Below, in pieces: positions 28,946 to 41,586 of a DNA stretch of 64,000 bases. Within the stretch, counting starts at the first letter, position 1; each line of letters opens with the position of its first letter. The position numbers were made by a program, and so were the translations under genes. Where the stretch lies: the NCBI RefSeq assembly GCF_006345805.1, contig NC_042998.1, positions 181,784,001 through 181,848,000 on the forward strand. Reading direction: 5' to 3'. This DNA is from Octopus sinensis (Eukaryota). The notes beneath the pieces are model-generated. The model had not been told where the DNA came from and made no database searches. It saw nothing but the letters and a program-made list of their open reading frames with translations.

Positions 28946-29429
28946 AACACTCTCACTTTTCACAGGTTCCCTTCTTCTAATCCCTCTCATAATTCTCTCA
29001 TACTTCACTCTCTCCCTCTCAAACCTTGAACAACCATCATGCACTATCTTCCTGCATCCATCACAGTCTTGTGCCTCCCTCCTTTCCCAATTACCAGCTG
29101 CAATTCCTGTCTGTATTAAAGCATTTTTAAGGCAATCCTTAAACCTTAGTTTACGCTTATGCACTGGTCTCCTGCCATCTACCAGCCCACCATACAATAG
29201 CTGCTTGAGCAGTCACTCATCACTCATCCTTACCAAATGTGCCCCCCCCCCAACTCAAACATCTTTGCAATATTATTGACTCTATACTTCTACTGCCACT
29301 CCTCTCAAGCATCTCCACATTATTAATGGCCATTTTCCAGTTTATCCCCAACATTTTTCTCAGACAGTATTGATGAAATCGTTCCAATTGCCTTACCCGC
29401 CTTCAGTAAACAACCCATGCCTCACTTTC

Positions 29430-31101
29430 CTATAGCAAATTTGGGAGGAGGCATGTGTTATGCACCTTAACTTCAATTTGTGAAGATATGTTATGCTGTT
29501 TCCACAGATGCCTATCATGCACTACCAGCCCTGCTGATTCTGTATGAAATTTCATCATCAAGACCAGCATGCTCATGGTACTTCCTAAATAAATAAATCT
29601 GGGTACAGTCTCCAACCTTTGACCATTCACAGTTATAAAAGGTTCCACATACATCTTGGAGGGAGCAAGCTGGTACATTATAAAAGTTTTTTTTTAGATT
29701 GATTGTTAGACCCAATGCTGCACATGCTGCAGAAATTGCATTCACCATGTGCTGCATATCTTTCTGAGAATGTGCCAACTGGTCGCAATCATCTGCATAC
29801 AGAAACTCAATAAGATGAGAATGCAGAACTTTTGTTTTGGCACAGAGTCTTTTGAGATTGAACAGTTTTCCTGTTGTCCTATATCTTATAAAGACCCCTT
29901 CAGCACAACCTTTAAAAGCTATCTGAAAGACTATTGCGAAATATATAGCAAACAGTGTAGGAGCAGGAATATCACCTTGCTTTAAACCATTTTCTACAGA
30001 AATTGGATCTGATAAGGTACCTCTGACATTAACTCTCACTTCCATCTTGTCATGAAATTGTCTAAGCTTTCTCACAAAGATTTCAGGACATCCTAGCTTT
30101 TTTAGGATCTCCCAAAATGCAATTCTATTGATAGAATCAAATGCTTTTGTTAGGTCGATAAAAACCTGGTATAAGTCCATATCCTGTTCGATGCATTTCT
30201 CTTGCAACTGTCTAGCTGAAAATATCATATCCATAGTACTCCTACTATTCCTAAACCCACATTGTGATTCTGGTAGAACCTCATCAGCAATGTGCAGAAG
30301 CAATCTGTCTAGCATTATCCTACAGAGGACCTTTCTAGCAGCAGCTAACAGACAGATGCCGCGATAATTATCACAAACATCCTTTCCACCTTTAGATTTA
30401 TATAGTATCTCCATAGTAGCATCATGACTATCCGGAGGAATCTCTTCGCTTTGGCAAACCCTTTGAATCACATCCATCAACATTGCACAAAGATGATCAC
30501 CACCATATTTATATATCTCTGCACCTAGTCCATCCATACCAAGGGCTTTTCCATTGTTCAATTTCCTAATTGCTGCTTTTATTTCAGCCAGGCTTGGAAC
30601 TTCTGCTATAAGATGTTTTATTGGTCTCTCAGGTATATTATCAAGAAAAGAGAGATCAACTTCAGTGGGTCTATTGAGCAACTCATCAAAATGTTCTTTC
30701 CATCTCCCAAAAATATCTTTAGGATTTGTTAATAATTCTGTGCCATCCTTGCTCCAAAGTGATGCAAACTTTGATGAAACTGGTTCATAAACTTTTTCCA
30801 AGAAAGAGTAATAAAGTTTGGAATTGTTAGCATTTGAAGCTTCTTGGATTTCATCGCATCTATCACTCCACCAATTTTCCTGCATCATCAGTAGCTTCCT
30901 CTGCACTGTTGCTTTTACTGCCTTGAAATATGTAGTCACTGTCCTGTTTGTTGACATGTCAACATTTTGCAACATGTTAAATGCCTTTTGCTTCTCCTCT
31001 AAGATAAGATTAACTTCATCATTATCATCAAGCCAATCTTGGTTACTACAAATCTCATACATTCTTTCTTTGAATGACTTCCAGCTTCCATCACAGGACA
31101 A
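29430..31101 (-). pseudogene. LINE reverse transcriptase domain, frameshifted at its 3' end
   Basis: 528-aa ORF with KLNNGKALGMDG, NYRGICLL, LPESQCGFR, FIDLTKAFDS, LKQGD, FLYADD. Continues as VPRFIYLGS in another frame. Confidence 0.92.
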
Positions 31102-31218
31102 ATTATTTTATCTCACTCACAAACTCACTGTGTACTGACAGAATCTTAAGTTTATTGACATCAATCCATTAAGGTAATTTGTCAATATTTGCTCTAACCT
31201 TAGGCTTGACAACAAAAT

Positions 31219-32137
31219 TCACCTTGGCACACAAAAGCCAGTCCAGCACTCTGCATCACGCATCACTCGTACAATAGCAAAGTCCCTGCTGTCTCGTTTC
31301 CTGGTGAGAATGTAATCTATTAGATGCCATTTCTTAGAACCAGGGTGTATCCATGTCATTTTATACTTATTCTTTAGTAGAAACATTGTATTCATGACAC
31401 ATAAATCCATCTCCATGCACATTTGTAACAGCAGCAAACCATTACTGTTGGAACTCCCACCTCCATGCTTTCCTAGGACACCCCAAGTCTCCCAATCTGA
31501 ACCAACACAAGCATTAAAGTCACCCAAAAATGACAATACTGTCATCATGGGGGATATTTCATATAATCTCTGCAAGTGATAGCTGGGAGGCAAGTTTATC
31601 ATCCTCTGATGAATTCATAGTTGGAGCATATGACCTTATGAGTGTTGCATAACGACCTTTTCTTAATGGCAGTCTTAAAGACATTAAACAATCCGAATGA
31701 CCACATGGTAGTTCCTCAAGTTTTGAAGTCAGGGTGGTTTTGATAGTAAACCCCACTCCTGATTCTCTCTTATAGGCCTCCTCTCTACTGCTCCAAAATA
31801 AATGATACCCAGCAGATTTCTCTACAAAATTCCTCTTTCCATGAATTCTTGTTTTGGATAATGCTACAACATCCAAATCATATCGCTTTAACTCTTTTGC
31901 AACAAGCGTGGATCTTCTCTCTGGATGAGATTTCAGACAATTATTGTCTAATAACGTTCGAACATTCCAACATCCTATATTTATAGGCTTGATTCTTAAC
32001 TTGAATTTACTCACAGTTGCAAGATGATGACTGGTTCCAGGCTGTGGTGCACTGGGACACCTGCTGGGCCAGACCATAGAACAAAATGTTCCAGAGCCCT
32101 TTTTGCCATTTATTTCATTATCAGTATGAACTTTCAT
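31219..32137 (-). pseudogene. LINE AP-endonuclease domain, frameshifted
   Basis: ORFs 31559-32137 (INIGCWNVRTLLD..YDLDVVALSKTR..YAPT) and 31219-31602 (LGDFNACVG..TWIHPGSKKWHLIDYIL) join across a frameshift. Confidence 0.9.
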
Positions 32138-32566
32138 TGTTTAGATGTACCTTTTTAAGCTTAGGCCAAGATGTCCATTTATTTTTCCTTTCCAGCAATA
32201 CCTGTGCTTGACACTTTTTAAAGTGAGGAAAAGTTTTGCACAGCAACCATTCCCACTCTCTAAATTACAAAGCATGATCCAAAAAGAAGAGCAAGTGACA
32301 TTCATTGGGTGCATTTGCAGTCACAGGTTTTATATCAGTGTGTCCTTCTCCCAGTCTTTGCCCAACCAAAAGCTAACTACAAGACAGCAATGAAGTATTT
32401 AAATTCAGAGTTACTTTCTCCTAGATAGACAGCCTTCACCATGGGTTGGGTAAACAGAGGAGCTCTATCCAACTCTCATCTATTTATTAAAAAAAAAAAA
32501 AAAAAATAAAAATAAGAGAATACAAATTAAAAATTGCGTCTATATATATATATATATATATATATA

Positions 32567-32935
32567 GGTGCAGGTGTGGCTGTGTGGTAAAAAATTTGGT
32601 TTCAAAGCACGTGGTCCTGGGTTCAGTCCCACTGTGTGGTAACTTGGCATGTGTCTTCTGCTATAGCCTCAGACCAGCTAAAGCCTTGTGAGTAGATTTT
32701 GTAGACAGAAACTCAAAGAAATTCATCATATATATATATAATGTAAGTGTGTGTGTCTTTGTGACTGTGTTTCTCCTACACCACTGCTTAACAACTGGTG
32801 TTGGTTTATTTACATCCCCATAATTTACTGGTTTTACAAGAAGAGACCTATAGAATAAGTACCAGCCTTATCAAAATATAAAAAAAGCACTGGGGTCGAT
32901 TCATTCAACAAAAAATTCTTCAAGGCAGTGTCTCA
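32567..32935 (+). mobile_element. tRNA-derived SINE family A, old copy
   Basis: GGTGCAGGTGTGGCTGTGTGGTAA...GGTTCAGTCCCACTG head with A/B-box-like motifs, internal (TA)n, AGAATAAGTACC body. Confidence 0.8.
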
Positions 32936-33040
32936 TATTTTTGTTTGCCCACTCAATTGTATCTATCAATCTATCTTTCTGTGTATATTTATATATAATA
33001 CACACACACACACATACATGTATGTATATGTGCACATATA

Positions 33041-33795
33041 TCTATTATATAAAAGTCAAGTCTTTATGCGTATTCGTGTGTTACTTATAGACTAGAAAAT
33101 TACTGCACCGATCCTAACAAAATTTGGAACACAAAATCCAAGCCTAGGAAGAAGGGTAATGCTGTGTGTTTCATACAATTTCATGGACCAAAATTACTGA
33201 ATTGATCCTTATGATATTTGGAACTTAGGTGAGTATAATGCAGTATGTTTGGTTTGAACTTGAGGTGACTTAAAGGGGGCAGAACCCCCCCCCCCCAATG
33301 AAAATTCATAAATCTCCAATGTTGATGAAATTTTAACCATAGATAATTGACACACATCAAGAAGTATTTGCAAAGTTTCCGCTTCTCATGAGGTTTCTAA
33401 GATCCCCTAATGGGGGCCTTAACTCCTAAATTTTAGTAATTTTTTATGATCAAAAACTAGGTCAAAAGTACTCAATGGATCTTTATGACATTTGGAAATT
33501 ATATTCTATGCATAAGGACAGATGTAGAGCAGTATATGTTTGAAAGTGAGGGGGCATAAATGAGGCCATAGCACCCATGAAAAATCATAAATTTTTGCTG
33601 TTGATGAAATTTTAACCATAGATATCAGACACAAATGAAGTAATATTCCAAAAATTTCAACTTCTTAGATAATAAGACCCCTTAATGGGAGCTTAATCCC
33701 CACAATTTAGTCATTTTTCCTCAGCCAAGATGAATACAATTGTAGTCTGGGAAACTGTAGAGTCACCCGAGCATACAAGATGGGTGTTATTTGTA
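33041..33795 (+). mobile_element. Old non-autonomous Helitron-like element with two ~310-bp internal repeats
   Basis: 5' A|TCTATTATATAAAAGTCAAG, subterminal ACCCGAGCA...TGGGT hairpin, duplicated GTTGATGAAATTTTAACCATAGATA blocks. 3' CTAG decayed. Confidence 0.55.
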
Positions 33796-35233
33796 ATTCA
33801 AAGGTACAACAGTTTACTTTGAGGTATACTTAGATTGTGATTTCTGCAATGTGGTGCATAAATTGTCAAGTAAAGGAGAGGCATCTTTGCCTCCACTGAT
33901 TCAGTTGCGAAGTGTTATTTTGAGTAAAATTATTTGGTTGTAGACCTCCTTTGAGTCTTTTTATTATCACTGGATCAAAAATAGTCCCCAGATGGTAACA
34001 TTGATTTCAAGGCCTTTCCAGATACGTGATTGGTCATTCAAAGGATTTATAGATTGCAAATTTATTCTATAAGCCTTGTGATCATTGGCAAACTCCAGAG
34101 GTGACACATTCATTTCCCCTTAGCCTTCATGTCACAGTTGTTAATGTTTATTTGAGTTTGGTCACACCTTTCCAATTGCTATAGATCCGTAATGCATCTT
34201 ACGGCTGTGCCAGTCACCTGTATGGTGAGGAATCATACATTGGGGAGTGGTAACAACCAGGGTAAGGTAATTGACTGCTTATTGTGATCATTTATCTTTT
34301 GGTTTCCTGTAGCTTTGCTCTCTTTTACAAATCTAGTGAACATTCATAGATTTCCGATTTCAAAGAAATTTGAACAATAAATGTAAGGCACAAGTTAAAA
34401 AAAGATTCCCAACAATTCAACTTCTCTGGTTGACTTTAAGACCTCCCCTCCCCTAATAGGGGCCTTAACTCCCACATTTTAGAGCTCCATGTGTCCATTT
34501 TTCAGGTTTTATAAGATTTGAATTTCAGAATCTGGGCATAAAGATGAGTAGTAGGGGATAAATATGTCATGATCAAATTGCTCGTCTCTACACCACTGAT
34601 GTTATCCAAGGGAAAAGGTACAGATACAATTTGGCACCAGTATCATCATAGGTGCTGTTGTCAGAATGCAAGGCGTCAACATCCAACACCCTAAAAGTTG
34701 TGATAAACCACCCCATGGGCTGATGCATTTTATTAACTCTAAAAAGATAGAAGTCAAATTTGATTTCAGCAATATTTGAACAAAGTGGAACATATGTTAC
34801 AAAGCACTCAGCCTATTCATATATCTCTCTCACCTTCTCACATACTCTCTCTCTCTCACACACGCGCGCGCGCACAGCTAGACTGCTAAACTGCCAGAAT
34901 TTGGAGATTTCCAGACTAAATAACAGACAGTATTTAGTTTCTTCAATATGAAATTCCAAAGTTTTGTAATTTTTTTCATTCCAGCCTCATATCTAATCAA
35001 GAGTGTGTATGTGTATATGCATGCACATATATATACATACATACACTCACACGTTTATATAAACTATGATGTGTGCCTGCATCAGCTGCAAAGTGGTGCT
35101 ATTGCTATGTAATGCATATAGAAAAATACAAAAGTGTTATTTCACTTGTCTTTCTTTCTTTTAATGACTTCTTCTAACAAGCTTTGTGGTGTAAAGTACA
35201 TTCCAGGAAAGTATTCATCTATCAGAAACTAAC

Positions 35234-35819
35234 GGCGAGCTGGCAGAATCGTTAGCACGCCGGGCGAAATGCTTAGCGGTATTTCGTTTGCCGTTACGTT
35301 CTGAGTTCAAATTCCGCCGAGGTCGACTTTGCCTTTCATCCTTTCGGGGTCGATTAAATAATTACTAGTTACGCACTGGGGTCGATATAATCGACTTAAT
35401 CCGTTTGTCTGTCCTTGTTTGTCCCATCTGTGTTTAGCCCCTTGTGGGTAGTAAAGAAATAGGTATTTCGTCTGCCGTTACGTTCTGGGTTCTAATTTCG
35501 CTGAGGTCAACTTTGTCTTTCATCCTTTCGGGGGTCAATTAAATAAGTACCAATTATGCACTGGGGTCAATGTAATCAACTTAATCCGTTTGTCTGTCCT
35601 TCTTTGTCCTCTCTGTGTTTAGCCCCTTGTGGGTAATAAAGAAATAGGTATTTCGTCTGCCGTTACGTTCTGAGTTCAAATTCCTCCGAGGTCGACTTTG
35701 CCTTTCATCCTTTCGGGATCGATTAATAAATACCAGTTACGCACTGGAGTCCATGTAATCGACTTAATCCCTTGTTTGTCCCCTCTAAGTTTAGCCCCCT
35801 TGTGGGTAATAAAGAAATA
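35234..35819 (+). mobile_element. SINE family B with triplicated body under one TSD
   Basis: One head (GGCGAGCTGGCAGAATCGTTAGC), then body units starting 35278, 35462 and 35647 (184-185 bp). TSD AGAAACTAAC at 35224-35233 and 35820-35829. Confidence 0.9.
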
Positions 35820-36614
35820 AGAAACTAACTTTTAGTCAATCTTTCCCAGACTACAAGGATACATAGAGTCAGCATTCAAAAGCATTAAGCAAATGAAGGT
35901 TAAATCCCTCCACAAACAGGATGCTTAAATTGTTACATGCAGCTTTCCTCATGGAAACAATTAATCTCAACAATAAAAGATTCTCGACTGCAGTGTTGCT
36001 TCTGATACCTACAGTAGAGACCTGTGTTATCCACATTCTCTTTCGTCTTAGCTATTAACATCTTAACGATTAGGATGACACACTGATCATTAACTTTGTA
36101 ACATTAATCTTATCTTTTAACATAATTAATTTCTTCATTTGTAAGTCTACGTTTTCCCAAGTAGAATGGCTATACTTTGTATACATGGCTAGAAATTTAA
36201 TGGGAGGGATCAATCAAATATATCGACTCAGTACTTAACTGGTAATTTATTTTATCGATCTCCGGAAGAATGAAAGGTAAAAGTTAACTTGGGCGAGATA
36301 TGAACGAGAAACGAAAAAGGTTATACGAATACCGCAAGGTATTTTGACCGACGCGCTAACGATTCGGCCAATTTACTAGAAATGGTTTCAAATTTTGGTA
36401 CGAGACCAGTTATTTTGATGGGGAGGGGAGTTAGTTTAGATCATTGACTGGATTGGTAGTTTATGTTATCGACCCCCGAGGGGTGAAAAGCAACGTTGTC
36501 CTCGACGGGGTTTAAATTCCAGACGTAGAGAACCAGAACAAATGTATGGCAATTTTTTTCCGATGCTCCGACGATTCTGCCAGTCATAGAAGTAAATATA
36601 AGTTGTCTCCCTTG

Positions 36615-37452
36615 GGGCCTATTCCGGATTCGCATCTCACCTCGAAAAATGCATTTTCCTGAAAAAGTTTATTCTAATTCCTAGGTTTTACATGTCGGAG
36701 ATTACGAATATGCACAACAAAAATTAATTTAAACCCCACCCCGTCAGCCTACCACACACACCCAATTTTAAATGTATTGTAAACTAGCAGTATCGCTCGG
36801 CGTTGCTCGGGTTTGTTTCGACACTTTAGAATTGGAATTTTTGAAAAGTAAAACTTTTGCATTATGTAGCTTGTTATTCTCTTTAAGTGAACATTTTTCT
36901 GGTTGAAATACACAGCAGTCAAAAATCGTAAAAAAATAGGGATTTTCATAGAAAAAAAAGCACCTTTTTGATGTAAATAATTTTTGGTGTTAACATGGTC
37001 CGATTTGAATTTTATCTTCTACGGAAGGAAGAGCAAGCCTTATATCATACTCTCGATTTTGGTCAACTTGCCCCGCAGGGTCTCGGAGGAGATACTGTTA
37101 GTTGAAGGCTACCAAACCTGCCATACACAGACAACTTCAGCTTTATATAGAGAGAGATTAAAGTGTGGAAATTTCATTAAAGCAAGTGTGAACATGGCAA
37201 AAAGGGATTTTAACTATTTCTCCATTTTAGCCAAATGAACATAGAAAGTGCACTTTACAAACCTGCTTTAATGAAATTTCCACACTTCAGTATACAACAA
37301 TACATTTAAAACTGGGGGAGGGTTAAAAGTTTGATTTTTTTTTTTTTTTTTTTTTGCACATTCGTAATTTCCGACCTGTAAAACCTAGGAATCCGAATAG
37401 AATTTTCATAAAAATGCATTTTTCTAGGGGAGGTGCGAATCTGAATTGGCCC
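36615..37452. mobile_element. Long-armed palindromic MITE interrupted by a Helitron
   Basis: GGGCC.ATTC.GATTCGCA...TTACGAAT.TGCA is mirrored at 37310-37452. Inner arms AAGTGTGGAAATTTCATTAAAGCA / TGCTTTAATGAAATTTCCACACTT. A related end fragment lies at ~49335-49420. Confidence 0.75.
36784..37157 (-). mobile_element. Non-autonomous Helitron
   Basis: Minus strand A|TCTCTCTCTATATAAAGCTGAAGTTG...AAACCCGAGCAACGCCGAGCGATACTGCTAG|T. Shows 5' TC, subterminal hairpin, 3' CTAG and an A|T target. Confidence 0.85.
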
Positions 37453-37750
37453 ACTACCTTGTTCATTCTAGCCAATCCCTATTTAAAATATCATCCCAGT
37501 TCAAAGCTGTTGATATTACATTAAAATCGACAAAAAGCAAAAATCCCAAATATCATTTATATTTTTCAAACCTTATTAACTTGTAATTTATTGGTAGAAA
37601 ATATATTTCTGCATGTTGATATAGTATAATATTACGACTAGGAGACTTATTCTAGATTAAAGAATTTGAATAATTACCTGAATAATTTGCTGTCGCGTTA
37701 TTTTTAGAAAAACACCAAATACATCTACGCTATATAAAAGTTAACTTTTA

Positions 37751-38241
37751 CGAGTATAATCCGCATTTTCCCCCAAAATTTAAAGTTCAAAATCCCTAGT
37801 GCGTACTATATAGAAGGTTAAAAATGAAAATTATTTTCTAAGCAATGTCCGAGTCTCTATTTGCTGTCCGGCAATGTTTATTCAGACGCATTTTTTATGT
37901 CGGGCGTGAAAATACCTTAAGCTAAGCCTGAGAGCAATGAAGCCATAAAAGAAGCGTCCATAACTTGCAGTAAGCAACATTTATTAAACGTTATTACTGT
38001 TATTTCTTTATTTTCTGCAAACAAAATGCACAAAAAAGCTACACGTTTGCATTATGTTATCTATACAATAATAATAAAGGACGTTACCATATACATTTTT
38101 ACTAACCAAGGACATTATATAGACCTCCTTGACTCAAGTTAGAGAAGGGGTGCGTATTATACACAAGGCTTAGGTTTTTCAGAGGTAAAAATCCCCTGCG
38201 TATTATACTCAAGGGCGGGCTATACTCGAGGATTTACGGTA
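37751..38241. mobile_element. Tc1/pogo-type MITE, left end truncated
   Basis: Right end TATACTCGAGGATTTACGGTA, left remnant CGAGTATAATCCGCA, repeated TGCGTATTATAC subterminal motifs. Confidence 0.6.
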
Positions 38242-38479
38242 CTTATGTTTAATTGGGGGTCAACTCTTAATGAAAAGATTTTTCGCCAAAGAATTCCGCT
38301 CATCCTCATCTTACATTTTTATTCAGAATTATATTTTTACCACTACGTTATTTAATGTGTTCATCTTTTTTAAGGCAGTAGGGTAGATTTACCATTCTCT
38401 CTGAACAGTCAAAATCCAGGATGCCTCCACTGACAGTCTCCGTGACCCTGCCCGACACACTTTTGTTCGTTGCCGTTAT

Positions 38480-38714
38480 TCTTTTATTCTTTTACTTCTT
38501 TCAGTCATTAGACTGCGACCATGCCAGGGCACCGACTTGAAGAATTTCAGTCGAATGAATCGACTCCAGTACTTTTTTTTTTTTTAAGCCTATGGGCTTC
38601 GTTTGCCGAACCGCTTAGTTACGAGGACATAAACACACCAGCACCGGTTATCAATTGGTGGTTGGTAGGGCTCAAACAGACACACACACACACAAATATA
38701 TATATATATATATA
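38480..38714 (-). mobile_element. SINE family A, 3' half, ending in its internal (TA)n tract
   Basis: TTTCAGTCATTAGACTGCGACCATGCCAGGGCACCG...GCCGAACCGCTTAGTTACGAGGACATAAACACACCAGCACCGG, then (CA)n(TA)n. Confidence 0.8.
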
Positions 38715-39369
38715 ACTACAAAATTAGAGAATGGAGAAATATACTTAAATCAGTAAAACATCAACTATCCGATGATACTCAATCCATACTTTAATACACC
38801 ATTACATATGAGTAAAGGCAATACATAAAATGAAATGAGATATACAGTAATAGTAACAAGATAAAGAGATATAAGTAAAAAATTTTCAAATATAATATGC
38901 AAATAAATCAAAACTGACAGCTGTTTCGGCAGTGAGGACAGTCATACCTCATTTAACCTATAAGCCATAAAGGCAGGTATAAATGAGGCATTAACAAGGA
39001 TGCCCCACGGCCTCTTCAGAGAATTAAATTAAATTGTTATAATAGTGAAAAATATTATACAATCATATACATATAAATATAAAATATAAAAATGTAAATA
39101 TAAAAACTTATACATCATAAAGCTACACTTATATAATATAATACACATTTGTACAAAAAAGGAAGGTAAACAGAACAAAATAAAACAAAATATATAATAG
39201 TGTATATATTAATATCAATAAGTACCGATATTATACATATTTGGCTAATAGTTTTTTTTATATATATATAAAAAAAAAAAGGCTAACATATATGGAGATG
39301 AAAAATAATAATTAAATCCGTGGTACAGTTCATAAGATTCTAAAGCTATAAAAGTTAATAAAAATTACT

Positions 39370-39421
<52 letters not shown>

Positions 39422-40187
39422 TATAATAAAAAATAGATACAGTTAAGTTAGCACCAAGTCCATCCTTACAAGATCGAAATAACTATGAGTTAAGAAATGC
39501 TGACCACTAGGTAAAGAAAATATAGATTAATTCGATTGGCTATTGGTTTGAAATTTAAATCACAAAAGAAAATTATACGGTTGGTTAGTCAGGGAACGCC
39601 AATATTCACACACGCATCTACAGATCAATCGCACATACACACATAGTAATATGTATATGCATACACTTATACACATACATAATTACAAGTAACAACTAGC
39701 ACATAGATAAACAAAAAGGGAAGCAACTATGCTACAATTTAGTCCTTCAAAATTATAATTGTGCCTCAATAATAAAAGAAGAACCATCCATGCATTCCAT
39801 AAAATATTTAATTTAGATATAAATATATTTTTAAATATCAGTATGTTACTAAGTCAGATACTTATTTCATGGGTAACTTAAAATTTATAACACCGGTTTG
39901 TTGCAGAGTAAACATACGGTTGTTAGATTTATCGTAAGTTTGTTATGGTTTTAAGTACGCTAAATTATAAAATATAAAATATAAAATATATATTAATTTA
40001 AATATTATAAATAAGTCACTTATTAACTTAATAAATATAGTGCCATAATATACCAGTTTAGGCATTAAAGAATAGAAGGGGAAGTATTAATGTAAACGCT
40101 TATGAAAACATCACAGAAATTTTAAATAAATTTTATATTATAAAGACTTAAGATGAAAAGAGATAAAATAAATAAGAAGGAATAAAT
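38715..40187 (-). repeat. Left arm of giant inverted repeat (~1.47 kb)
   Basis: Reverse complement of 40766-42241 with scattered substitutions and small indels, including the same (AAT)n tract. Confidence 0.97.
38903..39030 (-). ncRNA. Type I hammerhead ribozyme with extended stem II (inverted copy)
   Basis: Reverse complement of the core at 41935-42040: TCTTCAG 39013-39019, TTTC 38924-38927, GAC 38916-38918. Confidence 0.8.
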
Positions 40188-40765
40188 GAGAGCCTTTTGT
40201 GAGTTTGGTGGGTTTAGGTTGAGATTATAGGTTTTTTGTATGTGTTTATTTGGAAGGTTTTTATTGTATATTTGGTCTTTTTGTACTCACCTTAATTTGT
40301 ATCTTATGCTATTCACTGATAAACCTTTTTCATTTTTTTCATTTTCTCATTTACATGCATTATGCTTTATAATTATTACCAGCCTCATATATTTAGTTTA
40401 ATCTATAGTCTTCTGGATCTGTACTTTAAACTATCCTTCCATACATATTTACTTTCAACAATATAACATATATATTCACTCTATTTATTATTTTTTATTT
40501 ATTTTCCATTTTATTGTAATATTATCAATTTTTGCATCTAGTCTTCTATTTATTATTTATTTGCCTATTTAAGTGTAGATGTTTACATACATATCAAGTC
40601 ATCCAATTTGCTACCTATTTATTTTTTACTTATTTACTTATACTGGGGTAGTTTTATACATACATATCTATCATTTATTGTTATTTAATTTTAATAATAA
40701 TATATGAATACATATATACTGGTTTGTACTTATAATTATGTGTATAACCGTATTTATTCCTTCGT

Positions 40766-41528
40766 ATTTATTCCTTCTTATTTATTTTATCTCTTTTCAT
40801 CTTAAGTCTTTATAATATAAAATTTATTTAAAATTTCTGTGATGTTTTCATAAGCGTTTACATTAATACTTCCCCTTCTATTCTTAATGCCTAAACTGGT
40901 ATATTATGGCACTATATTTATTAAGTTAATAAGTGACTTATTTATAATATTTAAATTAATATATATTTTATATTTTATATTTTATAATTTAGCGTACTTA
41001 AAACCATAACAAACTTACGATAAATCTAACAACCGTATGTTTACTCTGCAACAAACCGGTGTTAATAATTTTAAGTTACCCATGAAATAAGTATCTGACT
41101 TAGTAACATACTGATATTTAAAAATATATTTATATCTAAATTAAATATTTTATGGAATGCATGGATGGTTCTTCTTTTATTATTGAGGCACAATTATAAT
41201 TTTGAAGGACTAAATTGTAGCATAGTTGCTTCCCTTTTTGTTTATCTATGTGCTAGTGTTACTTGTAATTATGTATGGTTATAAGTGTATGCATATACAT
41301 ATACTATGTGTGTATGTGCGATTGATCTGTAGATGCGTGTGTGAATATTGGCGTTCCCTGACTAACCAACCGTATAATTTTCTTTTGTGATTTAAATTTC
41401 AAACCAATAGCCAATCGAATTAATCTATATTTTCTTTACCTAGTGGTCAGCATTTCTTAACTCATAGTTATTTCGATCTTGTAAGGATGGACTTGGTGCT
41501 AACTTAACTGTATCTATTTTTTATTATA

Positions 41529-41586
<58 letters not shown>

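Larger units (their letters stand above)
28580..32480 (-). mobile_element. Near full-length, inactivated RTE-clade LINE (EN + RT + C2H2 fingers)
   Basis: APE endonuclease motifs GCWNVRTL, GDFNA, HLIDYIL (31219-32137). RT motifs FIDLTKAFD, QGDIPAP, YADD (29515-31101). C-terminal zinc fingers (28626-28945). RTE-like 5' UTR near 32390-32450. Several frameshifts and stops. Confidence 0.92.

Noticed and set aside
34185-34261. Plus-strand exon candidate with strong CAGG|GTAAGG donor
   Set aside because: Another frame reads ..GEESYIGE.., suggesting a GIY-YIG/PLE remnant. No supporting neighbouring exons.
35234-35819. Tandem ~185-bp repeats as a CRISPR-like or satellite array
   Set aside because: The units are SINE bodies with no unique spacers, in a eukaryotic context.
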